Below, in pieces: positions 46,727-57,099 of a DNA stretch of 64,000 nt. The translations under genes and the position numbers were made by a program. Position 1 is the stretch's first letter; each line of letters begins with the position of its first letter. The DNA is from Wickerhamiella versatilis (taxonomy: Eukaryota). The stretch is taken from contig JAQOWU010000007.1 of assembly GCA_030867685.1 (NCBI GenBank), forward strand, positions 1,178,001 to 1,242,000, read 5' to 3'. A model generated the notes under the pieces. That model was not told the origin of the DNA, searched no databases, and saw only the letters and a program-made list of their open reading frames with translations.

Positions 46727-47062
46727 TTAATTCATGAGAAAAAAAAATAAGTTTACCATATAGTTCTGTTTGGAGAGATGTTCAATCTATCAGATTAGGT
46801 GCTCTTGGTACTTTTTAAGAAATACTATATGCTATATATTGATTATAGAAATTCTCGCCTCGTGGTTCTCAGCAACTCGGACGCAGCAGCAAGAGAAGTG
46901 CTCATCCAAAGGCATAAAGTGTAAACCTTTTTTACCTACTTAAATCCAGCAAGAATACTCTAGCCAGATAACATTTACATCAGGTGAGCGTTAGTATAAT
47001 TGATCCAGCATGTATGTATCACAATTCTTAAATAACGGTATTCTGAAAATAAAGATTACGTG

Positions 47063-48517
47063 ATGCTGTTGGGCTGGTACGCGTATGCGGCAGCGGCTGA
47101 GCCGTTTGTCGTGAGTGCCATGGCGACATATCTGCCGTTATTTCTCGAGAGCATATCCCGGGACAACGCTGTCTGGGCTGGAGACAAGAGAACGCCCTGC
47201 GACCAAGCGCCCGCTGACTCTCCTGGGTTAGTGCCAATACCCATCGAAGCACCGAAATGTGTGGTGCGTCTCGGGTGGGCTTGGGTGGATACGTCAAGTT
47301 TACCTCTGTATACGTTCTCGTTCAGTGTTGCTCTGCAAACACTTCTTGTTGTTACAGTATCTGGGCTTGTCGACCAACCACGTGGACGGCAACACCGCAA
47401 GCTCGCACTCGTTGGATTTGCAATAATCGGGGGGGTTGCTACCTGCGTCATATCACAATTAAATCATACACATTATTATGACGTCGCTATTCTAGCAATT
47501 GTGGCGATCAGTTCGTTTGGCGCAGTAACTGTCTGCGGTAATTCATATCTTCCACAGCTGGTGAAGGCAGAATCAGATAGGTTCAACAATATGAGATTGA
47601 CAATGAGAGACAGATGGCATGGTGCTGTAACAGCCATCGGTGGTATAGATACTGCGAGGGTGGCTGCAGATATTTCCGGAAAGGGTGTCGCAAGCGGCTA
47701 CGTTAGTGCCCTTCTGGTTCAAATCCTGACAATGCTAATTCTGATAAAATCTGATAATATGCTGCAGCCAGTTATTGGGCTCGTTGGACTGTGGTGGCTT
47801 ATCGGTCAGGTGCCGGTAGTTGCCTGGCTCAAGGAACCTATTCAACCACCGCCCACCGACGAGCCCTGGCATTGGAATGAGGGCTGGCGTTCCTTAGGCG
47901 TGACTATTTCCAAGGCACGCGAGCTCCAAGATGTCATGACATTTCTTGCCGGTTGGTTTCTGTTAAGCGATGCTGTCACCACCATTAATTCCACCGCAGT
48001 CTTGTTCGCTCGAGCTAATCTCCAAATGAATACACCAGCCTTGGCGTTGATAGGGTTGCTCACGGTAGTGTTTGCTATCACGGGCTCGTTGTTTGCCCCG
48101 CGTCTTCGCCTGAACCTAGTGAACATTGCAATGGCTGCAGCTGTGATACCCCTCTATGGAATTATTGGGTTTTTCGTCCCATTCATAGGTCTGAAGCATG
48201 CCTGGGAAATGTACCTACTTGCCGTATGGTATGGTATTGTTTTAGGTGCACTCAATGCTGTTTGTCGATCCCAGTTCTCGTTGCTCATTCCAAGTGGGCG
48301 CGAAACTATGTTTTTTGCATTATACGCCGTCACAGATAAAGGCTCCTCTGTCCTGGGGCCCGCGATTACGGGGGTCATCACGGACAGAACACATGATATA
48401 AGATACACTTTCTATTTTTTGCTGGGTATGATGCTGCTGGCGGCATACAGTTTCAGCAACGTCGATTTCGTCCGTGGGCAGAAAGAGGCGGAGGAAGAGG
48501 CTGCATCTCAGGAATAG
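47063..48517 (+). CDS. ATG22: Vacuolar amino-acid efflux MFS protein Atg22
   Basis: GWYAYAAAAEPFVVS, TSSLPLYTFSFSV, NSYLP, WFLLSDAVTTINSTAVLF, FFALYAVTDKGSS. Confidence 0.93.
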   Translation: MLLGWYAYAAAAEPFVVSAMATYLPLFLESISRDNAVWAGDKRTPCDQAPADSPGLVPIPIEAPKCVVRLGWAWVDTSSLPLYTFSFSVALQTLLVVTVSGLVDQPRGRQHRKLALVGFAIIGGVATCVISQLNHTHYYDVAILAIVAISSFGAVTVCGNSYLPQLVKAESDRFNNMRLTMRDRWHGAVTAIGGIDTARVAADISGKGVASGYVSALLVQILTMLILIKSDNMLQPVIGLVGLWWLIGQVPVVAWLKEPIQPPPTDEPWHWNEGWRSLGVTISKARELQDVMTFLAGWFLLSDAVTTINSTAVLFARANLQMNTPALALIGLLTVVFAITGSLFAPRLRLNLVNIAMAAAVIPLYGIIGFFVPFIGLKHAWEMYLLAVWYGIVLGALNAVCRSQFSLLIPSGRETMFFALYAVTDKGSSVLGPAITGVITDRTHDIRYTFYFLLGMMLLAAYSFSNVDFVRGQKEAEEEAASQE

Positions 48518-48609
48518 GTGCTAAATTGACCAACTATCATTCGTAAAAGTTATTAATTCCTAAATACGTTCATACATTTGATATCCTGCTAATTCAGTAT
48601 TACTCAGCA

Positions 48610-49134
48610 ATGGTATCGTCTTCCACAGCATTTCCTAAGTCCTTGGTTGACCAGTCCAATTTTAGCTCGGAGGAGCTTAATAGCCTACTGGCAAGGTTCA
48701 TCAAGCTCGATGCTGATTCAAGCGGTACTATTGAGAAAGAGGAGTTCCTCTCCATCCCGGTCATCAAGTCAAATCCCCTGGCACCTCGCTTGGTGGAGCT
48801 TTTTGATGAGAACGGGGATGGACATGTCGACTTTGCCGAATTCATTCGGGCGCTGTCGATCTTTTCGACAAAGGGCAATAAGGACGAGAAGTTGAGATTT
48901 GCCTTCAGTGTATTCGACATTGACGGCGATGGTGTCTTGTCAAACGGTGAGCTCTTCATCCTTCTGAAGACAATGGTCGGCGAAAATTTGCAGAATATTC
49001 AGCTCCAGCAGATTGTGGATAAGACGATCATTGAGCATGATATCGATGGAGATGGGGCGTTAAGTTATGACGAATTCCTTAAAGTCATTGATGGATCGGC
49101 AATAGCGGAGTCACTTACCCTGGAGGGTCTTTAA
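48610..49134 (+). CDS. CNB1: Calcineurin regulatory subunit B
   Basis: Four EF-hands (DADSSGTIE, DENGDGHVD, DIDGDGVLSNGE, DIDGDGALSYDE), NPLA.R, KLRFAF, QLQQIVDKTI. Confidence 0.9.
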   Translation: MVSSSTAFPKSLVDQSNFSSEELNSLLARFIKLDADSSGTIEKEEFLSIPVIKSNPLAPRLVELFDENGDGHVDFAEFIRALSIFSTKGNKDEKLRFAFSVFDIDGDGVLSNGELFILLKTMVGENLQNIQLQQIVDKTIIEHDIDGDGALSYDEFLKVIDGSAIAESLTLEGL

Positions 49135-49237
49135 GGAACCTGGTTGAATATAACGCTTAATGAGAAAAATTCTTTTTAATGCCCTTTGACATATAAACAC
49201 TATAAAATGTGAGTACCGTATATCACCTGCTTACTTA

Positions 49238-50062
49238 ATGGTGGAGAGAATCACGGTGGGAGCCACTCCCTGTCTACGGGTACCCGGTCCAGGACCTGTA
49301 ATTTTGTTTTTACCTGGAAATCCCGGTGTGTGTGAATTTTATGAGGGGCTTGTTGCTGATATCGCAGAATTTATCCCGGAAGCAGAGGTCATAGTTCCAT
49401 CCCATCTCGGATTCGGCCTTGGTGTCGAAAACTCAAAGGTATGGACTCTCGATGAGCAGGTGCAGAATTGCATCTTCCTTGCACGTGAAGTGGCAAAAGG
49501 TCGCCCATTGTATATATTTGGGCACTCCGTAGGTGCGTGGATGGCTCAGCGGGCCGCCATGGCCCTTGAGCCAGCTGGTGTGGGTCTTGTAGCCCCAACT
49601 ATCATGGGGATGCCTGCATCAGAGAAGGGACGTACCTTGGTGCGGCTGGGCTCAATCGGGTGCCTGCCATGGCTGGGCTGGGCTCTGGCCACGGTTTTGG
49701 GCTCGTTACCCTCTGCTTTGCTTAACTGGGCCCTATCCTTCCCCTTCGGTAGATATGCTCCTATCGGAGAAGAAATCTTGCGCCAGAGCAGCATAGTTTA
49801 TCAGGTCATTAGCTTGGGTCTCGAGGAAATGGAACGTATCGTAGCGACCGACCCCCCTGATGCCACGGGGTTTTGGGAATCAGGATTCCCGGTATGGGCC
49901 ATTCTCTGCGAAAAAGACCCGTGGGTTCCGACAGCAGCGCAGTCCGTGATAAGGTCCCGCTGTACAAATTCATTGGTTGCCGACATCCGGCATTCCTTTG
50001 TTCTTTCGAGTGAGGACACGCGCCTAGTTGCTCAATGGATCGCAGACAAATTGAATGAATGA
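49238..50062 (+). CDS. Lipid-droplet-associated serine hydrolase (LDAH/YPR147C-like)
   Basis: FLPGNPG..EFY, SHLG, LDEQV, GHSVG nucleophile elbow, DPWVP, HSF. Confidence 0.88.
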   Translation: MVERITVGATPCLRVPGPGPVILFLPGNPGVCEFYEGLVADIAEFIPEAEVIVPSHLGFGLGVENSKVWTLDEQVQNCIFLAREVAKGRPLYIFGHSVGAWMAQRAAMALEPAGVGLVAPTIMGMPASEKGRTLVRLGSIGCLPWLGWALATVLGSLPSALLNWALSFPFGRYAPIGEEILRQSSIVYQVISLGLEEMERIVATDPPDATGFWESGFPVWAILCEKDPWVPTAAQSVIRSRCTNSLVADIRHSFVLSSEDTRLVAQWIADKLNE

Positions 50063-50078
50063 TGCCGGCTTCTATAAT

Positions 50079-50555
50079 TTAAGGTATATGATTCTCTTTG
50101 CAGTGGCCTAATCTCTTATGGTCGGATAGCACATCCAGCCGCGAAAATTGATTACCACAATTATCACAGGTGAACTTTCTTTTTTCATGGATGGAGAGTC
50201 GGTGACGTTTAAGGTCAGCATTGCGTGAGAACGACTTTTCGCACTCATTGCAATAAATCCGTCGCGAGACTCGTTGTGGGGGCTGCATATCAGCTGACGT
50301 GGTGTCAGACTCGGCGCTACCAGTATCCACAGGTGCTTCTGGACCTATATGCTGCTTGTCACTCCCGTTTTCTGTTTGATTCACTGGCAACGCTTTCTCC
50401 ACCATCACCGGTGTTGCAAGTCTGGCTCGAAGGCATGCATTTTCTTTGCATACTGCAATATAGGACTGGTGGAGGGAATTGAAGCTGCATTGCAGTATAG
50501 TAAAATCAGTTTGCAATATACGGAATTCTGGGTGTCTGTTCAAAGCTGAATCCAT
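50079..50555 (-). CDS. Small C2H2 zinc-finger protein
   Basis: CNECEKSFSRNADLKRHRLSIH and CDNCGNQFSRLDVLSDH...HC; short N-terminal coiled coil. Confidence 0.85.
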   Translation of the reverse strand: MDSALNRHPEFRILQTDFTILQCSFNSLHQSYIAVCKENACLRARLATPVMVEKALPVNQTENGSDKQHIGPEAPVDTGSAESDTTSADMQPPQRVSRRIYCNECEKSFSRNADLKRHRLSIHEKRKFTCDNCGNQFSRLDVLSDHKRLGHCKENHIP

Positions 50556-50757
50556 GCTATGTGAGGCTCTCCCCTTGCCCTTGGTCTTATATGATAGGTG
50601 AGGGTTACCAACGTGAATTTTTTTTCTCCGCTCTGTATCGGGAATTTATTCCATAGAAGCTAAATTATTGATGTATTGCTTGCCTATATACTCGTAATTG
50701 TTTAATTATTATTGGGAAGTACATATCGACCCGCAGACCCTCCGTAGTCTTTGTCAT

Positions 50758-52791
50758 ATGGTGCGGAGACGGGCTGTCGCACCGGCCATTGTCTTACTCT
50801 TGGTCGTTGTGCTACGCCGTCGTCACCTTTCCCGGTACTTAAGGCGTCTTTTGTATCGTAGAGGTGCAGGATATGCTGAAATTTCATCAGGCAAGGCTTC
50901 TGTACGGGAGGATGAGAGTACTGTTATTCACCATGACCCGCTTGCCAAGCCCGCCAACACTTTTGCAAGTCAGTTTAAGATGATTACAGCAATTGTAATT
51001 CCTTCATATCGATCAGGCCTAGTTGTTTTACTTTGTCTGCACATGGCATTGCTAGGTATGCGTACATACCTTAGCGTGGTGGTGGCAAGGCTGGACGGGC
51101 GAATTGTCGGCCACATGATGGCACTGGACAAGAAAAAATTTTGGAGGTCTATGGGTAGCTGGATGATGTTGGCTGTTCCAGCGTCATTGACAAACGGATT
51201 GATACGGTACCTAGAGCGCCGGATCGCCCTTCGTATTCGGTCCACTCTAGTCAAGTACACCACAGACCTATATCTATCGGGTGCAACCAACTATCGTTTG
51301 AGGCTTGATGGAGATTGGGATCCTAGCCAGCATATCACGACAGATATCATACGGTTCTCCGAGGCTACTGCCCATCTGTATTCAAGACTAGGAAAACCTA
51401 CGCTTGACATAGTCATTTTCTCATGGCAATTATCACAAATGCTGGGTGCCCCTGCTGCATTAGGAATTTTCTTCAATTACGGATTTACCGCCTGGATGCT
51501 TCAAAATGTGTCACCACCGTTTGGCCGTCTGGCATCTCAGGAAGGGGACCTGGAGGGCCAATACCGTATGACACAGGCCCGTGTAATAGGTTATTCGGAG
51601 GAAATCGCATTTTATGACGGTGCTGAATTAGAAAGGGTTTCCATCAGCGATGCATACTCGCAATTGGCGAGTCACATACGGAAAGTATATCTTACCCGTG
51701 CATGGTATCATGTATTAGAGGACTTTGTACTCAAATATTCATGGTCTGCATCTGGATATGTGTTTGCTGCTGTCCCAGTATTCCTCTGGCAAGCAGCTGC
51801 TTCTCAACAAGAACGCATGGCCAAGTTCATTACCACTAAGCGGCTCATGACGGCCATGGCCGATGCAGGTGGCCGAATTATGTTTTCTATAAAGGATATT
51901 GCAGCACTGGCTGGGCACACACGCCGCATCTCTTTGTTTATCGCAGCACTGCATAGAGCACATTCAGGTGATTATGAGAACAGTGGCCAGCTATTCAACT
52001 TGGGAGACGTTGAAGGTCGAATTGTTCGGGGTGAAGAGCTTGCTTTGGAAAACGTACCCGTGATTGTTCCTGGCGGAGGTGATCTCGGGCCCGGTGAGCC
52101 CCTGATAGACCCGATAACTTTCGAAGTCAATAATACCCTTCTGATAACGGGGCCAAATGGTGTTGGAAAAAGCTCCATCGCCCGCATCATGGGTGGCTTG
52201 TGGCCAGTTTTCAGGGGGGAGCTTACCATACCCCCTTCGATATTCATACTTCCACAACGGCCCTACTTCACGCGAGGCACGCTTCGGCATCAAATAACCT
52301 ATCCACATATGGACTCACTAATGACAGATGAAGAACTACAAGTAATCCTGGATAAGGTGAGTCTAGGATATATCCCTGCACGGGAAGGTGGTTTTGATGC
52401 GAGGAACACCTGGCTAGATGTTCTGTCCGGAGGAGAAAAGCAGCGCTTGCTATTTGCGAGAATCTTGCATTCGTCTCCCTCCGTTGCAGTCATTGATGAA
52501 GGTACATCTGCCGTATCACAAGATGTGGAGGCCCAGCTATATGAAGCTGTGCAGGCTGATGGCATCAAAGTGGTGACTATATCGCATAGTCAAAGACTGG
52601 CCAGACTACATTCGGCCAAACTAGATATAGGTCTTGGTCCAGAGGCCTCTGAGTGGCGTTTCACAGAAGTAACTGATAGATCGAAGTCGCCTGAAGAGGA
52701 AATTTCCATGATCAAGGAGAAGCTTGACCGGTTGCCAGAACTTATGCGGCGACGCGTACAAATCACCGAATTACTTGGTCTAAACACATAA
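50758..52791 (+). CDS. PXA1: Peroxisomal ABC half-transporter (ABCD), Pxa1-like
   Basis: RTYLS..VARLDGRIV, EAA motif SEEIAFYDG, Walker A GPNGVGKS, LSGGEKQR, DEGTSAVS; ATG at 50758. Confidence 0.9.
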   Translation: MVRRRAVAPAIVLLLVVVLRRRHLSRYLRRLLYRRGAGYAEISSGKASVREDESTVIHHDPLAKPANTFASQFKMITAIVIPSYRSGLVVLLCLHMALLGMRTYLSVVVARLDGRIVGHMMALDKKKFWRSMGSWMMLAVPASLTNGLIRYLERRIALRIRSTLVKYTTDLYLSGATNYRLRLDGDWDPSQHITTDIIRFSEATAHLYSRLGKPTLDIVIFSWQLSQMLGAPAALGIFFNYGFTAWMLQNVSPPFGRLASQEGDLEGQYRMTQARVIGYSEEIAFYDGAELERVSISDAYSQLASHIRKVYLTRAWYHVLEDFVLKYSWSASGYVFAAVPVFLWQAAASQQERMAKFITTKRLMTAMADAGGRIMFSIKDIAALAGHTRRISLFIAALHRAHSGDYENSGQLFNLGDVEGRIVRGEELALENVPVIVPGGGDLGPGEPLIDPITFEVNNTLLITGPNGVGKSSIARIMGGLWPVFRGELTIPPSIFILPQRPYFTRGTLRHQITYPHMDSLMTDEELQVILDKVSLGYIPAREGGFDARNTWLDVLSGGEKQRLLFARILHSSPSVAVIDEGTSAVSQDVEAQLYEAVQADGIKVVTISHSQRLARLHSAKLDIGLGPEASEWRFTEVTDRSKSPEEEISMIKEKLDRLPELMRRRVQITELLGLNT

Positions 52792-52913
52792 TAGAGGACA
52801 TCAAAAGAAACACTGTTTTGATTTCAATTAATTGTAGCATTACTACCACTAGCTAAGATGTTGATTGAGATCTGCTTACCCGCACCAACTTTAAATCTTT
52901 TGTCAGCTATGGG

Positions 52914-53555
52914 ATGGGGCTCACGTTCCAGCTAAAGGCTGCACACCTAGTTGCACTGAGTCGCTGCGAGCGTAACGCATATCGTGGATTAATAGGTAAA
53001 TTAGGCCCGGACGCAGGGCCCCGCCAGAGATTCGTGGCCCGGTCTGAGACATATCACCCCCATGACGAACGACTTCTACCCTACCCCGAAAGGTCATCCA
53101 GAGGCATTATGCTCTTGAGTCTAGCACAAAGACTTGCAGGATCGGACTCTGCTCTTGTTTTGGAGGCGCTAAATCCACAGATGCGCCCGTTTATCTCAAA
53201 AAAACTACAGCATGCAAACTATTCTGAAAACGAAGGTCAAAAATTATCAGTATATTCAATTAAGGGACAGGAGTTTTGGGCAGCATTGATGAGCCGTGGG
53301 GGTAATCCATTTGATGCATTCAGGGAGCGTTCTCAGCATGGCTCAGTCGGATTACCGTCCCTGCCCCGCCGCTTACTTTGCGTCATTGACCCACCGGGTG
53401 CCGTTTGCCAAAATACGGATGAGTGGCGAGTGGCAGGCATGTTTATTCGTCTTGCCAGCCCGCATACAGATGACAGATTGAAGCAAGCTGCTCATGTGGG
53501 ACTCACAAAAGTAACGCCGTTAGATCATGGTGTGTGGGTCGTACCTAGCGATTAG
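52914..53555 (+). CDS. Hypothetical protein (213 aa)
   Basis: ATG-initiated ORF occupying the whole gap between PXA1 and the WD40 gene; Reb1-like TTACCCG at 52876-52882; no family recognised. Confidence 0.65.
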   Translation: MGLTFQLKAAHLVALSRCERNAYRGLIGKLGPDAGPRQRFVARSETYHPHDERLLPYPERSSRGIMLLSLAQRLAGSDSALVLEALNPQMRPFISKKLQHANYSENEGQKLSVYSIKGQEFWAALMSRGGNPFDAFRERSQHGSVGLPSLPRRLLCVIDPPGAVCQNTDEWRVAGMFIRLASPHTDDRLKQAAHVGLTKVTPLDHGVWVVPSD

Positions 53556-53576
53556 TTTATATTTAACTTATAGTCA

Positions 53577-55580
53577 TTATTGTGGAGAAACCTCTTGGGG
53601 ATGAATCACATTTGCTTGACGGTTAAAAATTGACGCGAGAGCTCCGGGGAATCTCCATTCGAACAGAGCACCACCAACAACACCCCTAAGGGCGTCACCA
53701 GCCGGCACAAATTCAATACTGACTGCCAATCCAGCATTATGCAGTGTCCAAGTTGAAGCTTGTCTCAAATTGAAAAGCGTAGCATCGGTTCCTGGTCCCC
53801 GAGCCACAATGCGTTGTTCTTCGCGATGAAACCAGATTTCTTCCGGCAATTTGTGAACAAGAGCTACCAACATTTCACGCGAAAGCATGGAAGGTAATGC
53901 ACTCACTGATAGCTTCACCAGATCCAGACAGTATGAATCCAGGACGGCACTATCCTGTACCAATTCCAGTAGGGGTTGTAGGGAATTAGGCAACATTTCA
54001 GTAGATTGCGACAAAAGACCCTCAGGATTCCCTCTGGCATAACTTAAAATAAATTGTTTGCGAGATATAGAATCTCTTTTTATTGAAGCAACAGCTGCGA
54101 ATGGAAATTCAGCCAGTGTTGGATGACGTCCAAGAACACGCATGGCTACAATTTTTTCATCCATATCACCCTCCAAATATTCTGAAATCCTTGACTTAAG
54201 CCAATCAGCAACATTTACTTTTGGGTAGGCCACTGATATTGCTAGGAATGACCTAAAGCCTCCTGAACTTAACAGAGCTTCTAATCGGCCTGTGCTCCAG
54301 CCCCAGAGTCGGACCAGGATACCAGCCGCCCGTTCTGAAGGTCTCATGATAGCATAGTCCTCATACAATGGTGCAGAACTCGTAGCTGCTATTTCTCTAG
54401 CTGCCTCATCGTGATCCAGGTCGGGCCTCAATTCAGTAAACAACAACGGCGCTGTAAATTCTGTTGGCTCTCGAGGCAGGATTGTGTTCTGATATGTGAT
54501 GAATTTATCATTATCATTTCTTCCTCTATAGTATTCCCTGAAGCGACCACAACTGGTCTGAGTATATGTTGGTGGATCATCAGTCAGGGTTACTTTTGTA
54601 TCAATGGAACAAGCCTCGGCTTCGCTAAGTGCTACCACACTGCTGGGCAGGATCTTAGACCATTCTTTGACGACTTCTCCCTCTCGAATCTCTCTCACTG
54701 TACCATCAGGGTATCCATAAAAATCATTGAAATGAACTACCAAGCTAGGCTCGGTATCAACTGGATAAAAAGTGCCTTTTGCAATAAATCGATCCTTATC
54801 AACAGCAAATGCCGCCAACTCCTGCGTTATTGCAAGAACACCGGCGTCACTACAGTCTATAAAGGAAATTATATGTTCAGGTGGGCATTGCATAACCTGT
54901 ACATGATTTTGGTGAACGTGCACTAGAACTCCATCATCGCACTCCAGGAACAAATGTTTCCCAACAGCATGAAGCTTATTGAATGGTGCCGGGCCCACGG
55001 CACCAAACTCCTCGTCAAACCCAACAAGCAGAGACCATCTATCTCTCCAAACTCCAAACCAGGTATCGCCTGAAAGTGCCGCTGCGTCAACTATCCATTC
55101 GTTGTCTCGGCATCCCAAGTCACCCATCACCTGAAGTTTATGGTTCACGACCACCCCATCTTCTAGCAATATATTTTCACCCGTAGCCATAACCACGGCT
55201 CGCTCAGCTTCTATGAAATGTGAAACGTCAAGTGTTGCTCTTCTTAAGATGACGAGGCGCGATGATATACCCCATACGACCACCTCCTTTTCGCTAACAA
55301 CCAATCCGCTAGGCTCGAAGCCAACTTGTGCCTGGCCATCGCACAATCCTGTCCACACGTCAAACTTACGAAGTGAGCCATGCTCAAATCCTGCAAATAT
55401 GTGTGAGTTTGTTGCATGCAGAACTGTTACTCGCTCACCTGTCAAGATCACCGAGACCACCTTCCCATCCCGCAAAGTGCTGATACTTCCATCACAATGC
55501 GCTAGGACGACATGCCCACCATCCCATGAAGCAGCAAGGGTCGCGGGAGGGAGCTGGGCCGCACCTCGGCCGTCAGGCAT
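53577..55580 (-). CDS. Divergent WD40/helical protein, possibly WDR7 (rabconnectin-3 beta)-like
   Basis: Degenerate beta-propeller strands at the N-terminus; C-terminal WFHREEQRIV....TLFNLRQA resembles the WDR7 terminal repeats. Confidence 0.6.
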   Translation of the reverse strand: MPDGRGAAQLPPATLAASWDGGHVVLAHCDGSISTLRDGKVVSVILTGERVTVLHATNSHIFAGFEHGSLRKFDVWTGLCDGQAQVGFEPSGLVVSEKEVVVWGISSRLVILRRATLDVSHFIEAERAVVMATGENILLEDGVVVNHKLQVMGDLGCRDNEWIVDAAALSGDTWFGVWRDRWSLLVGFDEEFGAVGPAPFNKLHAVGKHLFLECDDGVLVHVHQNHVQVMQCPPEHIISFIDCSDAGVLAITQELAAFAVDKDRFIAKGTFYPVDTEPSLVVHFNDFYGYPDGTVREIREGEVVKEWSKILPSSVVALSEAEACSIDTKVTLTDDPPTYTQTSCGRFREYYRGRNDNDKFITYQNTILPREPTEFTAPLLFTELRPDLDHDEAAREIAATSSAPLYEDYAIMRPSERAAGILVRLWGWSTGRLEALLSSGGFRSFLAISVAYPKVNVADWLKSRISEYLEGDMDEKIVAMRVLGRHPTLAEFPFAAVASIKRDSISRKQFILSYARGNPEGLLSQSTEMLPNSLQPLLELVQDSAVLDSYCLDLVKLSVSALPSMLSREMLVALVHKLPEEIWFHREEQRIVARGPGTDATLFNLRQASTWTLHNAGLAVSIEFVPAGDALRGVVGGALFEWRFPGALASIFNRQANVIHPQEVSPQ

Positions 55581-55959
55581 TGTGGCTCTTAATACAAGAC
55601 TAATATCTAATGATACCTCGTCAAAGACTCACGACGAATATGGTTCAAACCCAAGCAGCTCGCACAGTCACACTTACCGCTCTACCATAAACATTTTTTT
55701 CTTTGAACCACCTCAATTTTCAACGAATTCCAATCCCCTTAATTGTCCAGGAGATTAAACGTAGGTGACATTTACCTTTTGGTTGTCGCCACTTTATCAA
55801 TCAGGCGTCTAAACTCGAGTTAACAAAAAGGTATTACCCCTTGTGATGCTATCAGCTGAGACCATATTGATACCAGAAACTATTGAACGATGATATCTTC
55901 AGAAAGCAACCTTGTTGCTACCTTAAGAATTATATCTAAAGAACGTCACCAACAACAAA

Positions 55960-56041
55960 GACAGTTTGGCCGAGTGGTTAAGGCGCTTCCCTGCTAAGGA
56001 AGTGCGCATTGCGTTCGCAGGTTCGAATCCTGCAGCTGTCG
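55960..56041 (+). tRNA. tRNA-Ser(GCT), intronless, followed by genomic CCA
   Basis: GACAGTT/AGCTGTC acceptor, CTTCC-CTGCTAA-GGAAG anticodon arm, long variable arm, GCAGG-TTCGAAT-CCTGC, G73, 82 nt; T5 at 56050-56054. Confidence 0.96.
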
Positions 56042-56125
56042 CCATTTCCTTTTTGCTAATTCAACTTTTTAGATAATCAAAAAAATCACCAGTTGTCACA
56101 TACTATTCGATTAAAATACACAATA

Positions 56126-56638
56126 TTATGGAAGGGGACCATTTTCCTTCTCATCGGTAGCCTGACGCACTGCATCGGGATGGCCCCGAATGAGAACATG
56201 AAAATGTTCCATGGTGGGTACACTTTGAAGTACTGCTGTGTTCTTAAACCAAATTATATCCTCACGTGGTATGGCTTTAAACCTTTGGCTTAAGAAATCC
56301 TCAATTCGCTGTTGGGCCGCCTCAGTTGGGACGTGATGGGCATCACAGGGACAGCGAGCCCGCGTCCACACACACACATGTTCAATGCCATCCACAAATC
56401 CGTATGGATGGTCATTATACAATACCTTGATATCCGCAGGGTCTGCAAGAAATTCCTCATTCGTGGGCGTCATATCTGGCCATTGGAGACGGTCCAGGCG
56501 CATGTGATCGGCCACGGAGATCCCTTTGGCAGACAACAACTTTTTATGTTCGGTGTATTTAGTCGTCTGCTCCGGGGTTCGCCTTAATTTTTCCAGATGG
56601 TGCTCCTTGATAGCAGACACAGCTTCATCCCATTCCAT
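56126..56638 (-). CDS. DUF3605 / Gig1-like protein
   Basis: LEKLRR.P....Y, DIKVLYNDHPYG...GIEHVCVWT, WFKN...LQSVP..EHFHVL; ATG at 56638. Confidence 0.85.
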   Translation of the reverse strand: MEWDEAVSAIKEHHLEKLRRTPEQTTKYTEHKKLLSAKGISVADHMRLDRLQWPDMTPTNEEFLADPADIKVLYNDHPYGFVDGIEHVCVWTRARCPCDAHHVPTEAAQQRIEDFLSQRFKAIPREDIIWFKNTAVLQSVPTMEHFHVLIRGHPDAVRQATDEKENGPLP

Positions 56639-57099
56639 TATCCTGAATATAGGCGGGTAGACCTTATTCGTGTTATGTAATAATTCATCGGGCAATCTGA
56701 TCCACGCTTATAATTGACAAGCAACAAGCTCCAAAACTCGTGGTTTAACCAGCCTTTCCTTTATGTTCATTAGTGGAAACATATATGTGTAGCTGATCTG
56801 GTAGTGCGGTTTTGTTTTTTTTCAGGGGAGAGATATGTTATCTGTTAACTCTTTATGGACCCTGATTTGAGATTATAAATTTGCCAGATTCAGATAGTGC
56901 GATCAACGTAGTATTTAGTAAAATAGATCTACGCACCACTACATATATAATGACCATCTGCGAAGAAGTCCAGGAAGATATCAGATAAGTACAGTACAAT
57001 GATATATCCTAAGAAGTTTAAAAAATGTCAAGAATTAGACGAGTAGTGACTCGACGCCCACCCCGCTCAGCAGGGAAGGAAACCAATAAATTTTCAACA

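Noticed and set aside
49209-49236. GTGAGT donor-like sequence upstream of the LDAH-like ATG
   Set aside because: No branch point and acceptor combination that yields an in-frame start
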